Shown piece after piece: positions 1-10,518 of a DNA stretch of 64,000 bases. Position 1 is the first letter of the stretch, and each line of letters opens with the position of its first letter. Both the position numbers and the translations under genes were made by a program. The notes beneath the pieces are model-generated. The model did not search any database. It saw only the letters and a program-made list of their open reading frames with translations, and was not told the DNA's origin. Source of the DNA: Candidatus Poriferisocius sp. (GTDB taxonomy: Bacteria > Actinomycetota > Acidimicrobiia > Acidimicrobiales > Bin134); contig OZ244918.1 in NCBI GenBank assembly GCA_965221865.1, forward strand, positions 2,664,696 to 2,728,695. The letters are read 5' to 3'.

Positions 1-1
1 C

Positions 2-175
2 AACAAAGTGCTACGCGGCGGCAGCCGTATTTGGTTGTTGTTGGGTGCTGTCGCTTGGGTTATTCGCATTGTCGGGCGTGCTAGCAACACCAAATCACTG
101 CGGCCGGTGCTAACCGAAGAACTCGCTAGCGGTGAAAGTTTGGTAATTTCCCACATACCCAATCAAAACGGGTGA
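2..175 (+). CDS. 3' end of an upstream ORF (partial, hypothetical)
   Basis: The frame is open from the window edge to TGA at 173-175. The stop overlaps the GTG start of the next gene (GTGA). No recognisable motif. Confidence 0.3.
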   Translation, partial: NKVLRGGSRIWLLLGAVAWVIRIVGRASNTKSLRPVLTEELASGESLVISHIPNQNG

Positions 176-954
176 CACAAACCTTGCGAGCATCAGATTT
201 GGTGCTACTTTGCGACCGTAAAGGTCGCAAATACATATTTAGGCTGATTACCGGAGAGTTATTTCATACCCACGCAGGTTCAATAGCTCATGACAAGCTG
301 ATAGGTAGCAACGAGGGTACACGGGTGCGTACCACCCGAAATGCTGAACTCACCGTGTGGAAACCCACACTTGAAGACTATGTGCTAAAAATGCCCCGTG
401 GAGCGCAAGTAATCTACCCTAAAGATAGCGCTGCTATTGTCATGTTGGCTGACATCTTTTGCGGTGCAAAAGTGCTGGAATCAGGAGTTGGATCAGGTGC
501 CATGTCGCTTAGCTTGCTACGTGCTGGGGCAGAAGTGTTGGGCTATGAGATTCGTGAAGATTTTGCCGAACAAGCCCGCCAAAATGTAGCTGGTTTCACA
601 GACCAAGAAACCCAAAAACGGTTTGAAGTACAAGTACGAGATTGCTATTTGGGTATTGAAGCCGAAGATTTAGACCGAATAGTTTTGGACTTGCCAGAAC
701 CATGGCAAGTCCTGCCACACGCTGTGAAGGCTCTCAAACCCGGAGGCATTTTAGTGGCTTATACGCCTAGCATCTTGCAAGCCAAGCAGCTGCGCTCAGC
801 TTGTAGCTACAAAAACTGGGCTAATGCAGCTACCACAGAAATCTTGCATCGTGGTTGGCACATCGATGGCGATGCTGTTCGTCCTGAGCATCGCATGGTG
901 GGACACACAGGCTTTGTGACCACAATGCGGCATTTAGGGTATGACGGTGGCTAG
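172..954 (+). CDS. trmI: tRNA (adenine58-N1)-methyltransferase, TrmI/GCD14 family
   Basis: 260 aa with a SAM-binding VLESGVGSGAMS motif. It sits directly upstream of arc, as in actinobacterial Pup-proteasome loci. Confidence 0.8.
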   Translation: MTQTLRASDLVLLCDRKGRKYIFRLITGELFHTHAGSIAHDKLIGSNEGTRVRTTRNAELTVWKPTLEDYVLKMPRGAQVIYPKDSAAIVMLADIFCGAKVLESGVGSGAMSLSLLRAGAEVLGYEIREDFAEQARQNVAGFTDQETQKRFEVQVRDCYLGIEAEDLDRIVLDLPEPWQVLPHAVKALKPGGILVAYTPSILQAKQLRSACSYKNWANAATTEILHRGWHIDGDAVRPEHRMVGHTGFVTTMRHLGYDGG

Positions 955-994
955 GGAACGTGGCTAGCGCACGAAAGTGTCGATTGAGGAAAGT

Positions 995-1234
995 TTAAAC
1001 CTCAATAAAAATGCACTCTCCAGGGCATTCCTCAGCTGACTCAATCGTGGCTTCTTCTTGGCCTTCGGGAACAATTGCAAGCCCTTCTACACCGCCAGGC
1101 TCGCTAAAAACCTTGTCGCCCTCTTTTACATAAGCCAAACCGTCGTCAAGCAAGGTGAAAACGTCTGGGGCTATCTCTTCGCACAGTCCATCCCCTGTGC
1201 AGAGATCTTGGTCGATCCATACCTTCATTTGCAT
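995..1234 (-). CDS. small ferredoxin
   Basis: 79 aa with the Cys ligand pattern CTGDGLC ... ECPGECI, typical of small actinobacterial Fe-S ferredoxins. Confidence 0.75.
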   Translation of the reverse strand: MQMKVWIDQDLCTGDGLCEEIAPDVFTLLDDGLAYVKEGDKVFSEPGGVEGLAIVPEGQEEATIESAEECPGECIFIEV

Positions 1235-1366
1235 CGGAGTTTTGGCCCTTCCATGTTGCCAGATATTTATATTTACGGCATTGGGGTCTGTAACATTATA
1301 ACCAATAAACCGGTCAACTAAACATACCGGGGGGAATACTCTTTAAGTCGTGTAAAGTCATCTTGA

Positions 1367-3127
1367 ATGTCAGATCAGCAGATTCCGCCAACAAATAAAC
1401 TCAGCCAAGATGCTCTTGAAGCTAGCGACCATGTGGCAGCTCTAGCAGATGAGGTGGCTATATTGCGCCAGCGTCTTCAAGAAGCACCGCAGCGTGTCAA
1501 GGTTTTAGAAGAGAAGCTCTTAGAGACTAAAGGGCAACTTGCTAAAGCTGTTTCCCAAAATGAAAAGCTGAGTTACACCTTGCGAGAAGCCCGTGAGCAG
1601 GTTGCAGCGTTACGCGCAGAGGTAGACAAGCTCACACGACCACCCTCTGCGTACGGCACCTTTTTAACCCACAACGATGATAATACAGTGGATGTTTTTG
1701 TAAACGGGCGCAAGATGCGTGTGGAGTTGCATCCCGAAATTGCTGCTGACACCCTTACCCGCGGTCAAGAAGTAGTGCTAAACGACTCTTTAAACGTAGT
1801 TTTGAACCGCGCAGGAAACAGCACAGGCGAGGTAGTAACCGTCAAAGAGGTTTTAGAGTGCGGGTTACGTGCCATCATCGTGGCACATTCCGATGAAGAA
1901 CGAGTGGTTGACCTAGCGAACGATTTAGCGCGGCAACCGCCACGCAGTGGTGATACTGCTTTGTTCGATCCAAGTTCGGAGATGCTGCTAGAGCATTTGC
2001 CGTCACCTGAAGTTCAAGACCTCGTGTTAGAGGAAGTGCCAGATATTACCTATGAACAGGTAGGCGGTTTAGACAGCCAGATCACACAGATTACCGATGC
2101 TGTGGAGTTACCCTTCGTGCATCAAAACCTCTTTGCGGAGTACCAACTACCAGCGCCTAAGGGCATTTTGCTGTACGGCCCACCTGGATGTGGCAAAACT
2201 TTGATTGCTAAAGCAGTGGCCAACTCACTAGCACAAAAAGTAGCAGAAATGAACCCCGAAAAAGAGGCTCGTTCTTATTTTTTCAACATCAAAGGTCCAG
2301 AGCTGCTCAATAAATATGTAGGTGAAACAGAGCGTCAGATTCGTTTGGTGTTTCAGCGGGCGAGAGAAAAATCAGCAGAAGGTTGGCCTGTCATCGTTTT
2401 TTTTGACGAGATGGAATCACTCTTTCGAACCCGCGGTACTGGTATTAGCTCTGATATGGAATCAACTGTTGTACCACAACTTCTAGCCGAAATTGACGGC
2501 GTAGAGGCCTTGCGTAATGTAATCGTAATTGGTGCCTCTAACCGTGAGGATCTTATTGACCCAGCTATCTTGCGGCCTGGCCGTTTAGATGTGAAGATCA
2601 AAATTCAGCGCCCTGATGAAGAAGCTGCAGGAATAATCTTTGCGCGCTACCTTACATCTGATCTACCCATAGCTCTAGACGCAGTTGAGACCCTCGGCGG
2701 TGGTGATCCCGACAAAGCTGTACAGGCAATGATTGAACATACAACTCAAGAAATGTTTCTAGAAGATGAACGTAATGAGTTTTTAGAGGTCACCTACCAA
2801 AACGGCGATAAGGAGATTATGTACTTCAAGGACTTCACGTCTGGAGCCATGATTGAAAATGTGGTACGGCGCGCAAAAACCATTGCGATTAAGCGCTTTT
2901 TGCAAGGTGGCACACGCGGGATCCAACTACAAGATATGTTGGATTCTGTGCATCAAGAGTACCGTGAACACGAAGACCTCCCCAACACCACTAATCCCGA
3001 TGATTGGGCCAAAATCTCAGGCAAAAAAGGTGAGCGTATCGTCTTTGTGCGCACTTTGTTGGCTACCGAGGATGCTAGCGAAGGTGGTCGTTCAATAGAA
3101 GGTGTGAGTCCAGGGCAGTATCTCTAG
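1367..3127 (+). CDS. arc: proteasome-associated AAA ATPase ARC/Mpa
   Basis: 586 aa with an N-terminal coiled coil, Walker A GPPGCGKT, Walker [10 protein letters not shown], and a C-terminal GQYL tail, the known 20S docking motif. Confidence 0.95.
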   Translation: MSDQQIPPTNKLSQDALEASDHVAALADEVAILRQRLQEAPQRVKVLEEKLLETKGQLAKAVSQNEKLSYTLREAREQVAALRAEVDKLTRPPSAYGTFLTHNDDNTVDVFVNGRKMRVELHPEIAADTLTRGQEVVLNDSLNVVLNRAGNSTGEVVTVKEVLECGLRAIIVAHSDEERVVDLANDLARQPPRSGDTALFDPSSEMLLEHLPSPEVQDLVLEEVPDITYEQVGGLDSQITQITDAVELPFVHQNLFAEYQLPAPKGILLYGPPGCGKTLIAKAVANSLAQKVAEMNPEKEARSYFFNIKGPELLNKYVGETERQIRLVFQRAREKSAEGWPVIVFFDEMESLFRTRGTGISSDMESTVVPQLLAEIDGVEALRNVIVIGASNREDLIDPAILRPGRLDVKIKIQRPDEEAAGIIFARYLTSDLPIALDAVETLGGGDPDKAVQAMIEHTTQEMFLEDERNEFLEVTYQNGDKEIMYFKDFTSGAMIENVVRRAKTIAIKRFLQGGTRGIQLQDMLDSVHQEYREHEDLPNTTNPDDWAKISGKKGERIVFVRTLLATEDASEGGRSIEGVSPGQYL

Positions 3128-3131
3128 TAGC

Positions 3132-4658
3132 GTGCCAGCAATGGCGGTAGCAAAAATTTGTGGGATTGAAACCGAGTATGGGATTGCTCAAAGTGGGATT
3201 GCAGATCCCAATCCAACGCTTGCTGCGTCTTTGTTGATCAATTCTTACTTAAATCAAATTAGCGGCGTAGGAGCACAAAACGCTGGCGCCGGTGTGTGTT
3301 GGGACTTTACAGATGAGATGCCACACAATGACATTCGCGGGGCTAACCCGCTAAGTGCGTTAGCCCCTGAGGTTGAAACTCACTTGTTGAACTCTGTTTT
3401 AACAAATGGAGCACGCTACTACGTGGATCACGCCCATCCTGAACTTGCTACACCCGAATGCAGCAACGCTTTGGATATCACTGTGTACGACAAAGCCGCT
3501 GAGCTGATCTTGATTCGTTCAATGGAAGCTGCTGCTGCTGCGCTTGCAGATGGCCAAGAAATTATTGTTTATAAGAACAATTCTGATGGTAAGGGTCACA
3601 GCTACGGCTGTCATGAAAATTATCTGTTGTCTCGCGAAACCCCGTTTTCGCAGATTGTGGTACACGCCACTGCACATCTTGTCACCCGCCAAATATTTTC
3701 TGGCTCTGGCAAGGTGGGCACAGAAGCACCAGGACTTAGCTCAGCCGAAATACCATTCCAAATTTCTCAAAGAGCAGATTTTTTTGAAGAAGAGGTTGGC
3801 TTAGAAACAACTCTGCGCCGTCCGATTATCAACACCCGAGACGAACCCCACGCAGACATGTCGCAGTATAGACGGCTACATGTGATCACCGGAGATGCCA
3901 ACATGTCGGAGGTAGCTACTTTTTTGAAGGTTGGTAGCACCGCGATTGTTTTAGCGATGGTTGAAGACGAAGTGCTAGCTAACGAACATCGGTTTGCCAT
4001 GCCAGTTCAAGCTATGCGACAAGTTTCCTATGATGTGGGGCTGCAGCAACCGCTAGAGATGGCAGACGGCAGCACAGCTACAGCTTTAGAAATTCAATGG
4101 GATTTGTTGGATCATGCTCGTAAGTACGCTGTCAGCCATGGCGTGCAAGATATCGGAGGCGAGGTGGCCGATATGGTGCTTGAACGCTGGGAGCAGGTAC
4201 TAACGCTGCTAGAAACTGACCCTACGTCTCTAGCAGACCAGCTGGATTGGGTGGCCAAAAAGCGTCTGTTAGAAGGTTTAGCTGAACGCCATAGCTTGAA
4301 CCCAACCGATGATCGCTTACGAGCACTCGACATTCAATACCACGACCTGCGCCCTCATAAGTCGGTTGCGGCACGAGTCGGCTTGCAAACCTTGGTTACT
4401 TCAGAACAAGCGCAAGCAGCCATGGTTTATCCACCTTATGACACTAGAGCGTATTTTCGAGGTCAGTGCCTTATGCGCTGGGCTAATAACATTGTGTCGG
4501 CCAACTGGGACTCTTTAGTTTTTGATTTGGGCGATGATTTCTTGCGCCGGGTACCCTTAGCTGAACCCAGCCGAGGTACAGCGGCGCACGTGGATGACCT
4601 TTTTGAAAACTGCGAGTCTGCATCTGAGTTGCTGCAACGTTTAAATGCCAAAAAATAA
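3132..4658 (+). CDS. dop: Pup deamidase/depupylase Dop
   Basis: 508 aa with GIETEYG, GCHENYL and [10 protein letters not shown] motifs shared with the PafA paralogue. Its position between arc and pup fits Dop. Confidence 0.9.
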   Translation: MPAMAVAKICGIETEYGIAQSGIADPNPTLAASLLINSYLNQISGVGAQNAGAGVCWDFTDEMPHNDIRGANPLSALAPEVETHLLNSVLTNGARYYVDHAHPELATPECSNALDITVYDKAAELILIRSMEAAAAALADGQEIIVYKNNSDGKGHSYGCHENYLLSRETPFSQIVVHATAHLVTRQIFSGSGKVGTEAPGLSSAEIPFQISQRADFFEEEVGLETTLRRPIINTRDEPHADMSQYRRLHVITGDANMSEVATFLKVGSTAIVLAMVEDEVLANEHRFAMPVQAMRQVSYDVGLQQPLEMADGSTATALEIQWDLLDHARKYAVSHGVQDIGGEVADMVLERWEQVLTLLETDPTSLADQLDWVAKKRLLEGLAERHSLNPTDDRLRALDIQYHDLRPHKSVAARVGLQTLVTSEQAQAAMVYPPYDTRAYFRGQCLMRWANNIVSANWDSLVFDLGDDFLRRVPLAEPSRGTAAHVDDLFENCESASELLQRLNAKK

Positions 4659-4750
4659 CGCTCACAAATCGCAACAGCCACCAAACAGTATGGCTGCACG
4701 CGCTATTGTGCTTACTAGAGCATTAACTATCTATTGTGGGGAAAGCTGCC

Positions 4751-4945
4751 ATGAGCGAACAATCGAAGATCAACAAATCACAATCCTCTAAACCTCACAC
4801 AGAGGCATCGGAAGAGTCCACTGATTGTGAACAAGGTACTGAACTGAAGGCTGAGTTAGATGATTTGCTAGATGAAATTGATGAGGTGCTAGAGGCTAAT
4901 GCTGAAGACTTTGTGAAGTCTTATATTCAAAAGGGTGGCCAGTGA
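4751..4945 (+). CDS. pup: prokaryotic ubiquitin-like protein Pup
   Basis: 64 aa from the ATG at 4751 (the ORF track starts at an upstream GTG at 4736). It has an acidic helix LDDLLDEIDEVLEANAEDFVKSYIQKGGQ and a terminal GGQ. Confidence 0.9.
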   Translation: MSEQSKINKSQSSKPHTEASEESTDCEQGTELKAELDDLLDEIDEVLEANAEDFVKSYIQKGGQ

Positions 4946-5727
4946 CGCTACCTATGTTTGCCTCTGGAGGTGATCCAGGTCCTAACTTCGCAGCTTTATT
5001 GCGCGCAGCAGGTCTAGAACCCCCAATCCCAGAGTCTGCGGCTGACGCATTGAAAATCACCCACGCCACAACGGTAGTAGCAATCCGTTGTGTTGAAGGC
5101 GTGGTTATGGCTGGCGATAGGCGCGCCACTGCTGGCAACTTCATCAGCCACCGGTCGATAGAGAAGGTATTTGCTGCAGACACCCACAGTGGTGTGGCTA
5201 TTGCTGGTGCCGCAGGGCCTGCTATGGAGATGGTAAGGCTGTTTCAGATGCAACTAGAGCACTACGAAAAAGTTGAAGGCAGAACTCTTAGTTTGGATGG
5301 CAAAGCTAATCAACTTGGCATAATGGTGCGTAATAATCTGCCTGCGGCTCTGCAAGGGTTTGCGGTGGTTCCTTTGTTTGCAGGTTACGACACCACCGCG
5401 GCGCTGGGTAGGTTGTTTCAATACGACGTTACAGGAGGCCGTTATGAAGAACGGGAATATGCGGTTACAGGCTCCGGCAGCTTGCATGCTGGCACTGTTA
5501 TTAAGTTGGGCTATCGTCCCGAAGCATCTAGCGATGAGATGATTGATTTAGCGGTATCGGCTCTTTATCGCACTGCTGAAGAGGATGCTGCTACCGGTGG
5601 ACCAGATTTAGTAAGAGGGATTTATCCAGTAGTGGCACTTTTAACGGAAGACGGTTTTGAACGGATAGCAGATACAGAGGTGGAGCGTCGTTTCCGCGAT
5701 TTGTTGTTTAGTTTGAGCAACACCTGA
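4942..5727 (+). CDS. prcB: 20S proteasome beta subunit PrcB
   Basis: 261 aa. The start overlaps the pup stop by 4 nt. The propeptide is followed by ITHA/TTVVAIRC, with the predicted Thr nucleophile near residue 43. Confidence 0.9.
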   Translation: MTLPMFASGGDPGPNFAALLRAAGLEPPIPESAADALKITHATTVVAIRCVEGVVMAGDRRATAGNFISHRSIEKVFAADTHSGVAIAGAAGPAMEMVRLFQMQLEHYEKVEGRTLSLDGKANQLGIMVRNNLPAALQGFAVVPLFAGYDTTAALGRLFQYDVTGGRYEEREYAVTGSGSLHAGTVIKLGYRPEASSDEMIDLAVSALYRTAEEDAATGGPDLVRGIYPVVALLTEDGFERIADTEVERRFRDLLFSLSNT

Positions 5728-5741
5728 AAGGGGGATGGGCG

Positions 5742-6443
5742 ATGAGCATGCCTTTTTATGTATCTCCTGAGCAGATGATGAAAGATCGCGCCGATTTTGC
5801 GCGCAAAGGCATCTCTCGAGGTCGCACCCTAGCGGCTTTAAGCATTCAAGAAGGTGTTTTGATCTGTGCTGAAAACCGTTCGCGAACCTTACGCAAAGTA
5901 AGCGAGATATACGACCGTGTAGCTTTTGCGGGAGTGGGCCGCTACAACGAGTTTGATCAGCTACGCATCGCTGGGGTTCGTCATGCTGATCTTAAGGGTT
6001 ACACTTTTAGTCGCCAAGATGTAGATGCGCGCAGCTTGGCTAACCAATACGCTCAGCTATTAGGTCAAACTTTTACTCACGAAATGAAACCTATGGAAGT
6101 GGAAATACTGGTTGCAGAGGTTGCCGACGACCTTAACGAGGATCAAATGTTTCATATTCTTTACGATGGAACAGTCAACGATGAGTCTGGGGTGACAGTG
6201 CTAGGGGGCAAAGCCGCTATCGTAGCCGACAAACTCACAGACAGCTACAAGCCAACTTGGAGCCTTAAAGAAGCTCTTAGCGTTGCGTCGCAAGCTTTGT
6301 CTCAAGATGTTGCAGATGCAGATGATAGCAGCCAAGTGGTTTTAGGAGCAGAGGAGCTAGAAGTAGCGCTGCTATCTAGAAACAGTACCCGAAGAGCTTT
6401 TCGAAGGATTGAAGGCCACGCCCTCGCGGAGTATTTGAGCTAA
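5742..6443 (+). CDS. prcA: 20S proteasome alpha subunit PrcA
   Basis: 233 aa with an N-terminal FYVSPEQMMKDRADFARKGI typical of actinobacterial PrcA. It follows prcB. Confidence 0.9.
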   Translation: MSMPFYVSPEQMMKDRADFARKGISRGRTLAALSIQEGVLICAENRSRTLRKVSEIYDRVAFAGVGRYNEFDQLRIAGVRHADLKGYTFSRQDVDARSLANQYAQLLGQTFTHEMKPMEVEILVAEVADDLNEDQMFHILYDGTVNDESGVTVLGGKAAIVADKLTDSYKPTWSLKEALSVASQALSQDVADADDSSQVVLGAEELEVALLSRNSTRRAFRRIEGHALAEYLS

Positions 6444-6488
6444 TGATATTAGCCGGTTACCTAGCACATATGCTGTGAAACCATAAAC

Positions 6489-7847
6489 GTGGACAAACGT
6501 ATTTTTGGCATCGAAAACGAGTATGGAGTGACTTGTGCGTTGCGCGGGCACCGGCGGCTTAGTCCAGACGAGGTGGCTCGGTATTTGTTTAGGCGAGTTG
6601 TGTCTTGGGGGCGTAGTAGCAATGTTTTTTTAGTCAACGGAGCACGGCTCTATTTAGATGTAGGTTCACATCCTGAATATGCAACCCCAGAGTGCGATTC
6701 TACATATGACCTCGTAGCACATGATAAAGCTGGTGAGCGCATCTTGGAGAACTTAGTGGCAAGCGCAGAATCTCGCTTGCACACCGAAGGTATTCAAGGC
6801 GATATTTATTTATACAAGAACAACACAGATTCAGCGGGAAACAGCTACGGCTGCCACGAAAATTATCTCACTCACAGGCAAGATAATGTATCTGAATACA
6901 CATCGGTGCTTATTCCATTTTTGGTGAGTCGGCAGATTTATGCGGGAGCTGGCAAGGTGTTTCAAACTCCTCGTGGGGCAACTTTTTGTTTAAGCCAACG
7001 TGCAGAACACATTTGGGAAGGGGTGTCTAGCGCTACTACAAGGTCTCGTCCCATCATTAACACCCGTGATGAACCTCACGCTGATGCCGAACGCTATCGC
7101 CGTCTGCATGTGATTGTAGGCGATTCCAACATGAGTGAGTACGCAACTTTTTTGAAGGTTGGTGCTACCGCAATCTTGTTAAGGATGTTGGAGGATCCTT
7201 CAGTTGTTTTACGGGACATGACTTTAGAGAATCCGGTAAGAGCTATTCGTGAAATCAGCCACGACCCTACATGCAAGCGCCGCGTGCGTTTAGTGAACGG
7301 TCGAGAAGCTAGTGCTTGGGAGATTCAAGCCGAATACTTAAATCGGGCATTGAACTACGCAGATAGTCGTGAGTTGGACATTCAAGAAAAACAAGCCTTG
7401 CACATGTGGCAGCATTGCCTTACACAAATTGCTGACGACCCTTTGAAGCTGACCAAAGAGTGCGACTGGGTTATGAAGCATCGCATCATTGAGGCTTATC
7501 GCGCACGCCATGGCCTAGCTTTAAACGATGCCCGAGTCGCATTAGTAGATTTGCAATACCATGATGTCAATCGCGCTAGGAGCTTGTACTACCGTATGCA
7601 AGCCCATTGCATACCTGAGCGCATGTGTTTGGATGAAGACATTAATCATGCTGTTGAGAATCCTCCAGCAACAACGCGTGCTCGTTTGCGTGGTGAGTTC
7701 ATCAAGCGGGCTCAGGAACGTAAACGGGACTATACCGTGGACTGGGTACATTTAAAGTTGAATGATCAAGCCCAACGCACTGTGCTTTGCAAAGACCCGT
7801 TTCGTGCTTACGATGAACGGGTTGAAAAGCTGATTGAAACTATCTGA
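6489..7847 (+). CDS. pafA: Pup-protein ligase PafA
   Basis: 452 aa with GIENEYG, GCHENYL and [10 protein letters not shown] motifs. It is a paralogue of Dop and lies downstream of prcBA. Confidence 0.9.
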   Translation: MDKRIFGIENEYGVTCALRGHRRLSPDEVARYLFRRVVSWGRSSNVFLVNGARLYLDVGSHPEYATPECDSTYDLVAHDKAGERILENLVASAESRLHTEGIQGDIYLYKNNTDSAGNSYGCHENYLTHRQDNVSEYTSVLIPFLVSRQIYAGAGKVFQTPRGATFCLSQRAEHIWEGVSSATTRSRPIINTRDEPHADAERYRRLHVIVGDSNMSEYATFLKVGATAILLRMLEDPSVVLRDMTLENPVRAIREISHDPTCKRRVRLVNGREASAWEIQAEYLNRALNYADSRELDIQEKQALHMWQHCLTQIADDPLKLTKECDWVMKHRIIEAYRARHGLALNDARVALVDLQYHDVNRARSLYYRMQAHCIPERMCLDEDINHAVENPPATTRARLRGEFIKRAQERKRDYTVDWVHLKLNDQAQRTVLCKDPFRAYDERVEKLIETI

Positions 7848-8847
7848 GGACAAGCCTCCTATGCCTAGCAAATCTAAACTTAAGCCTGAGCAAGTTCGCC
7901 TAGAGCGTTTGCTGCGCTTAATTGCCGCGCTGATCAACTCACCCAGATTTATGTCTATTGAGGAGTTACAAACCAAAGTTGGTTTAGCTAAAAACGAAGA
8001 TAATGCTAGCTACCCGAGGGATTTTAGTGCAGCCAGACGAGCTTTTCATCGCGATATAAACGAGCTAAAAGCTCTAGGGGTGCCAGTGATATCTGGCCGC
8101 GTGCGTGAGTTAGAAAAAGACGCTTGGGGATATCGTATCCGCAAGCAGGACTATTCTTTGCCAGAAATGGATTTTGATGCTGAAGAGTTAGCTGCGCTAC
8201 ATCGGGCTGCTACCGCAGTGCGTTTTCATGGAATCTCAGGTGCTGAAGCTCTGTGGAAGCTAGGCGGCCAGGTAGGTGAAGCAACTTCTGTTGAGCTAGC
8301 AGCAGTGCCGATGCATCCCATTTTAGCGGAGCTATTTACTGCAGTTACTGAACAGCGTATTGTTTGCTTTCACTATAGGAATCAGCTTCGCTCTGTAGAG
8401 CCGTGGACTTTAGCTTACGACCAAGGACATTGGTACTTGATGGGTTACGACCGTACCCGCCAAAACAAACGCACCTTTCGGGTAGATCGCATAGAAACGC
8501 AAGACAGTAATAACTTGGAATTGGGTCATCCTGGAGGCTTTGAGCAGCCCACAAATGCTCCTAGCTGGTCACCCATTCAGCCATGGAAGCTAGGAAATCA
8601 AGCGGTGGTTACAGCACGCTTGTGGGTTAGCGCACAGCATGCCAATGTCGCTGGTCGTCGTTTAGGTCAAGAGCCAGCAGTCCGCAAAAAAGACGGTTCG
8701 GTTATCTTTGAAGTATCAGTTCGCAATCCCAGCGCATTTCGCATGGTGGTGTTGGAGTTCTTAGAACAAGCAGAGATACTAAGCCCTCCCGAACTACGTG
8801 CTGACATGGTGGTCTGGTTAGAACAGATTGCTAACAAGCAGGTTTAG
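7834..8847 (+). CDS. pafB: WYL-domain transcription regulator PafB
   Basis: 337 aa with an N-terminal wHTH and a central WYL-type segment (GHWYLMGYD). It overlaps the end of pafA by 14 nt. Confidence 0.8.
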   Translation: MKLSEDKPPMPSKSKLKPEQVRLERLLRLIAALINSPRFMSIEELQTKVGLAKNEDNASYPRDFSAARRAFHRDINELKALGVPVISGRVRELEKDAWGYRIRKQDYSLPEMDFDAEELAALHRAATAVRFHGISGAEALWKLGGQVGEATSVELAAVPMHPILAELFTAVTEQRIVCFHYRNQLRSVEPWTLAYDQGHWYLMGYDRTRQNKRTFRVDRIETQDSNNLELGHPGGFEQPTNAPSWSPIQPWKLGNQAVVTARLWVSAQHANVAGRRLGQEPAVRKKDGSVIFEVSVRNPSAFRMVVLEFLEQAEILSPPELRADMVVWLEQIANKQV

Positions 8848-9867
8848 ATGGGCAGATTAAGTGCTGGAGATCGTTTAGGCAGAATGCTTGAGCTAGTGCC
8901 CTGGGTGATGTCGCAAGACGGAGCGGAAATTAGCGAAATATCGCGGCGGTTTGATTATCCTAAAGCAGAGCTACAAGAAGACTTGATCAAAGTCTTGTTT
9001 ATGGTTGGGCTATATCCTTTTACCCCCGATCAGCTAATCAACGTAATGGGTTTAGACGTTTTAGAAGAAGATGCTGAAACCATCAACCCTGCAACAGATA
9101 CAGGCTTGCACGCTTACAACTCAACAACACAGCAAGGTTGGGTTGCTATCTCCAACGCTGATTACTTCTCGCGGCCACTGCGTTTAACCTCAGCGCAAGC
9201 ATTAAGCCTGATTGGGGCAGCTAAAGCTTTACTTACAGAAACCGATAAAGATGGCCCGCTCACTAGAGGCATCGACAAACTCGCTGCGGGTCTAGAAATA
9301 AGTTTGTCAGAAGATGTAGAAATCAACCTTGGCGACGCACCCCAAGAATGGTTGCAACCCTTGCAACAAGCTGTCCAACAACAACAAAAAGTGCAGATTA
9401 CTTATTACAGCTACGGCCGGCGCCAAGAAAACAATCGTGTAATCCAACCTCATCGGGTCTTTGCAGAAGGAGGCAATTTGTATGTTAAGGCTCACTGCGA
9501 GGCGGCTGGCGGGGTGCGGGTATTTCTAATCGGCCGAATACGAGATTTACAGCTATTGAATGAACGGTTCGAACCACCTGATGAAGCTGCTCCACCACTA
9601 GCTTTTCAACCACGCGCAGAAGATCCGCTAGTTGTTATCAACCTAACCCAGCAAGGCAGCTGGGTTTTAGAAAAATACCCTGTTGAGTCCCATGAACAAC
9701 TCTCCAACAACAAGATTGCGGTCACACTGCGCGTGAGTGAAATCAGCTTTTTAGAAACATTGCTCCTACAGTTAGGAGAACACGCTGACCTCCAAAGCGT
9801 AGAGGGCAATTTGGCTATGCAGATTCCCCAACAGGCCGCTAAGCGCGTGTTGCAAAGATACCAGTAG
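8848..9867 (+). CDS. pafC: WYL-domain transcription regulator PafC
   Basis: 339 aa, a paralogue of the preceding gene (GGNLYVKAHC). Its ATG directly abuts the pafB stop. Confidence 0.8.
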   Translation: MGRLSAGDRLGRMLELVPWVMSQDGAEISEISRRFDYPKAELQEDLIKVLFMVGLYPFTPDQLINVMGLDVLEEDAETINPATDTGLHAYNSTTQQGWVAISNADYFSRPLRLTSAQALSLIGAAKALLTETDKDGPLTRGIDKLAAGLEISLSEDVEINLGDAPQEWLQPLQQAVQQQQKVQITYYSYGRRQENNRVIQPHRVFAEGGNLYVKAHCEAAGGVRVFLIGRIRDLQLLNERFEPPDEAAPPLAFQPRAEDPLVVINLTQQGSWVLEKYPVESHEQLSNNKIAVTLRVSEISFLETLLLQLGEHADLQSVEGNLAMQIPQQAAKRVLQRYQ

Positions 9868-9873
9868 CTAGCA

Positions 9874-10515
9874 ATGAACAATCAAGAAGCTGCCTTATCG
9901 TACGCGCAAGAAGCGATGACAGAAGATACCCCCATTTTAGAAGCTCCTAACGAGCAAACTTCGCCGGCGAAATCTCCTATGAGGACGATTCTGGAGTGGG
10001 TGGTGGTGCTAGCTGCCGCTTTAGTTTTGGCATTGATTTTGCGAACATTGCTGTTTCAGGCTTACTACATTCGCTTTACTTCCATGGAACCTACTTTAGA
10101 AAACGGTGATCGAGTGCTGGTGCAAAAAGTAGCAAATACCTATAGCAGAGGTGATTTGGTGGTGTTTGAGCGTCCAAGTGGGGTAGGGGGACCACAAAAT
10201 GACGATCTCATCAAACGTGTAATAGCGTTGTCAGGGGAGACAATCCAACTTGTAGATGGTTTTGTGTACATCAATCAACAGCGCTTGCATGAGCCCTACC
10301 TACCGGCTGTTGGTATTACTCATGGCAATCTATCATTAGGGTGTGCACAAATGACCGCTCAAGGATGTTTGGTGGGCGATGACGAGGTATTTGTAATGGG
10401 GGACAATCGCACCAACTCTACGGACAGTCGCTCATTTGGCCCTATCCCTAAAAATCTTATTGTGGGTCAAGCGATCTTACGACTTTGGCCTATTACTCAA
10501 TTCGGACGCATTTAA
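9874..10515 (+). CDS. lepB: signal peptidase I
   Basis: 213 aa with an N-terminal TM segment and S26 motifs SMEPTL, KRVIAL and GDNRTNSTDSR. Confidence 0.9.
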   Translation: MNNQEAALSYAQEAMTEDTPILEAPNEQTSPAKSPMRTILEWVVVLAAALVLALILRTLLFQAYYIRFTSMEPTLENGDRVLVQKVANTYSRGDLVVFERPSGVGGPQNDDLIKRVIALSGETIQLVDGFVYINQQRLHEPYLPAVGITHGNLSLGCAQMTAQGCLVGDDEVFVMGDNRTNSTDSRSFGPIPKNLIVGQAILRLWPITQFGRI

Positions 10516-10518
10516 CAT

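Noticed and set aside
983-1006. 7-bp AT-rich hairpin (ATTGAGG/CCTCAAT) between trmI and the ferredoxin gene as a bidirectional terminator
   Set aside because: The stem is short and weak, and it overlaps the ferredoxin stop codon.
1058-1321. 87-aa plus-strand ORF
   Set aside because: It is entirely antisense to the well-supported ferredoxin gene and has no motif.
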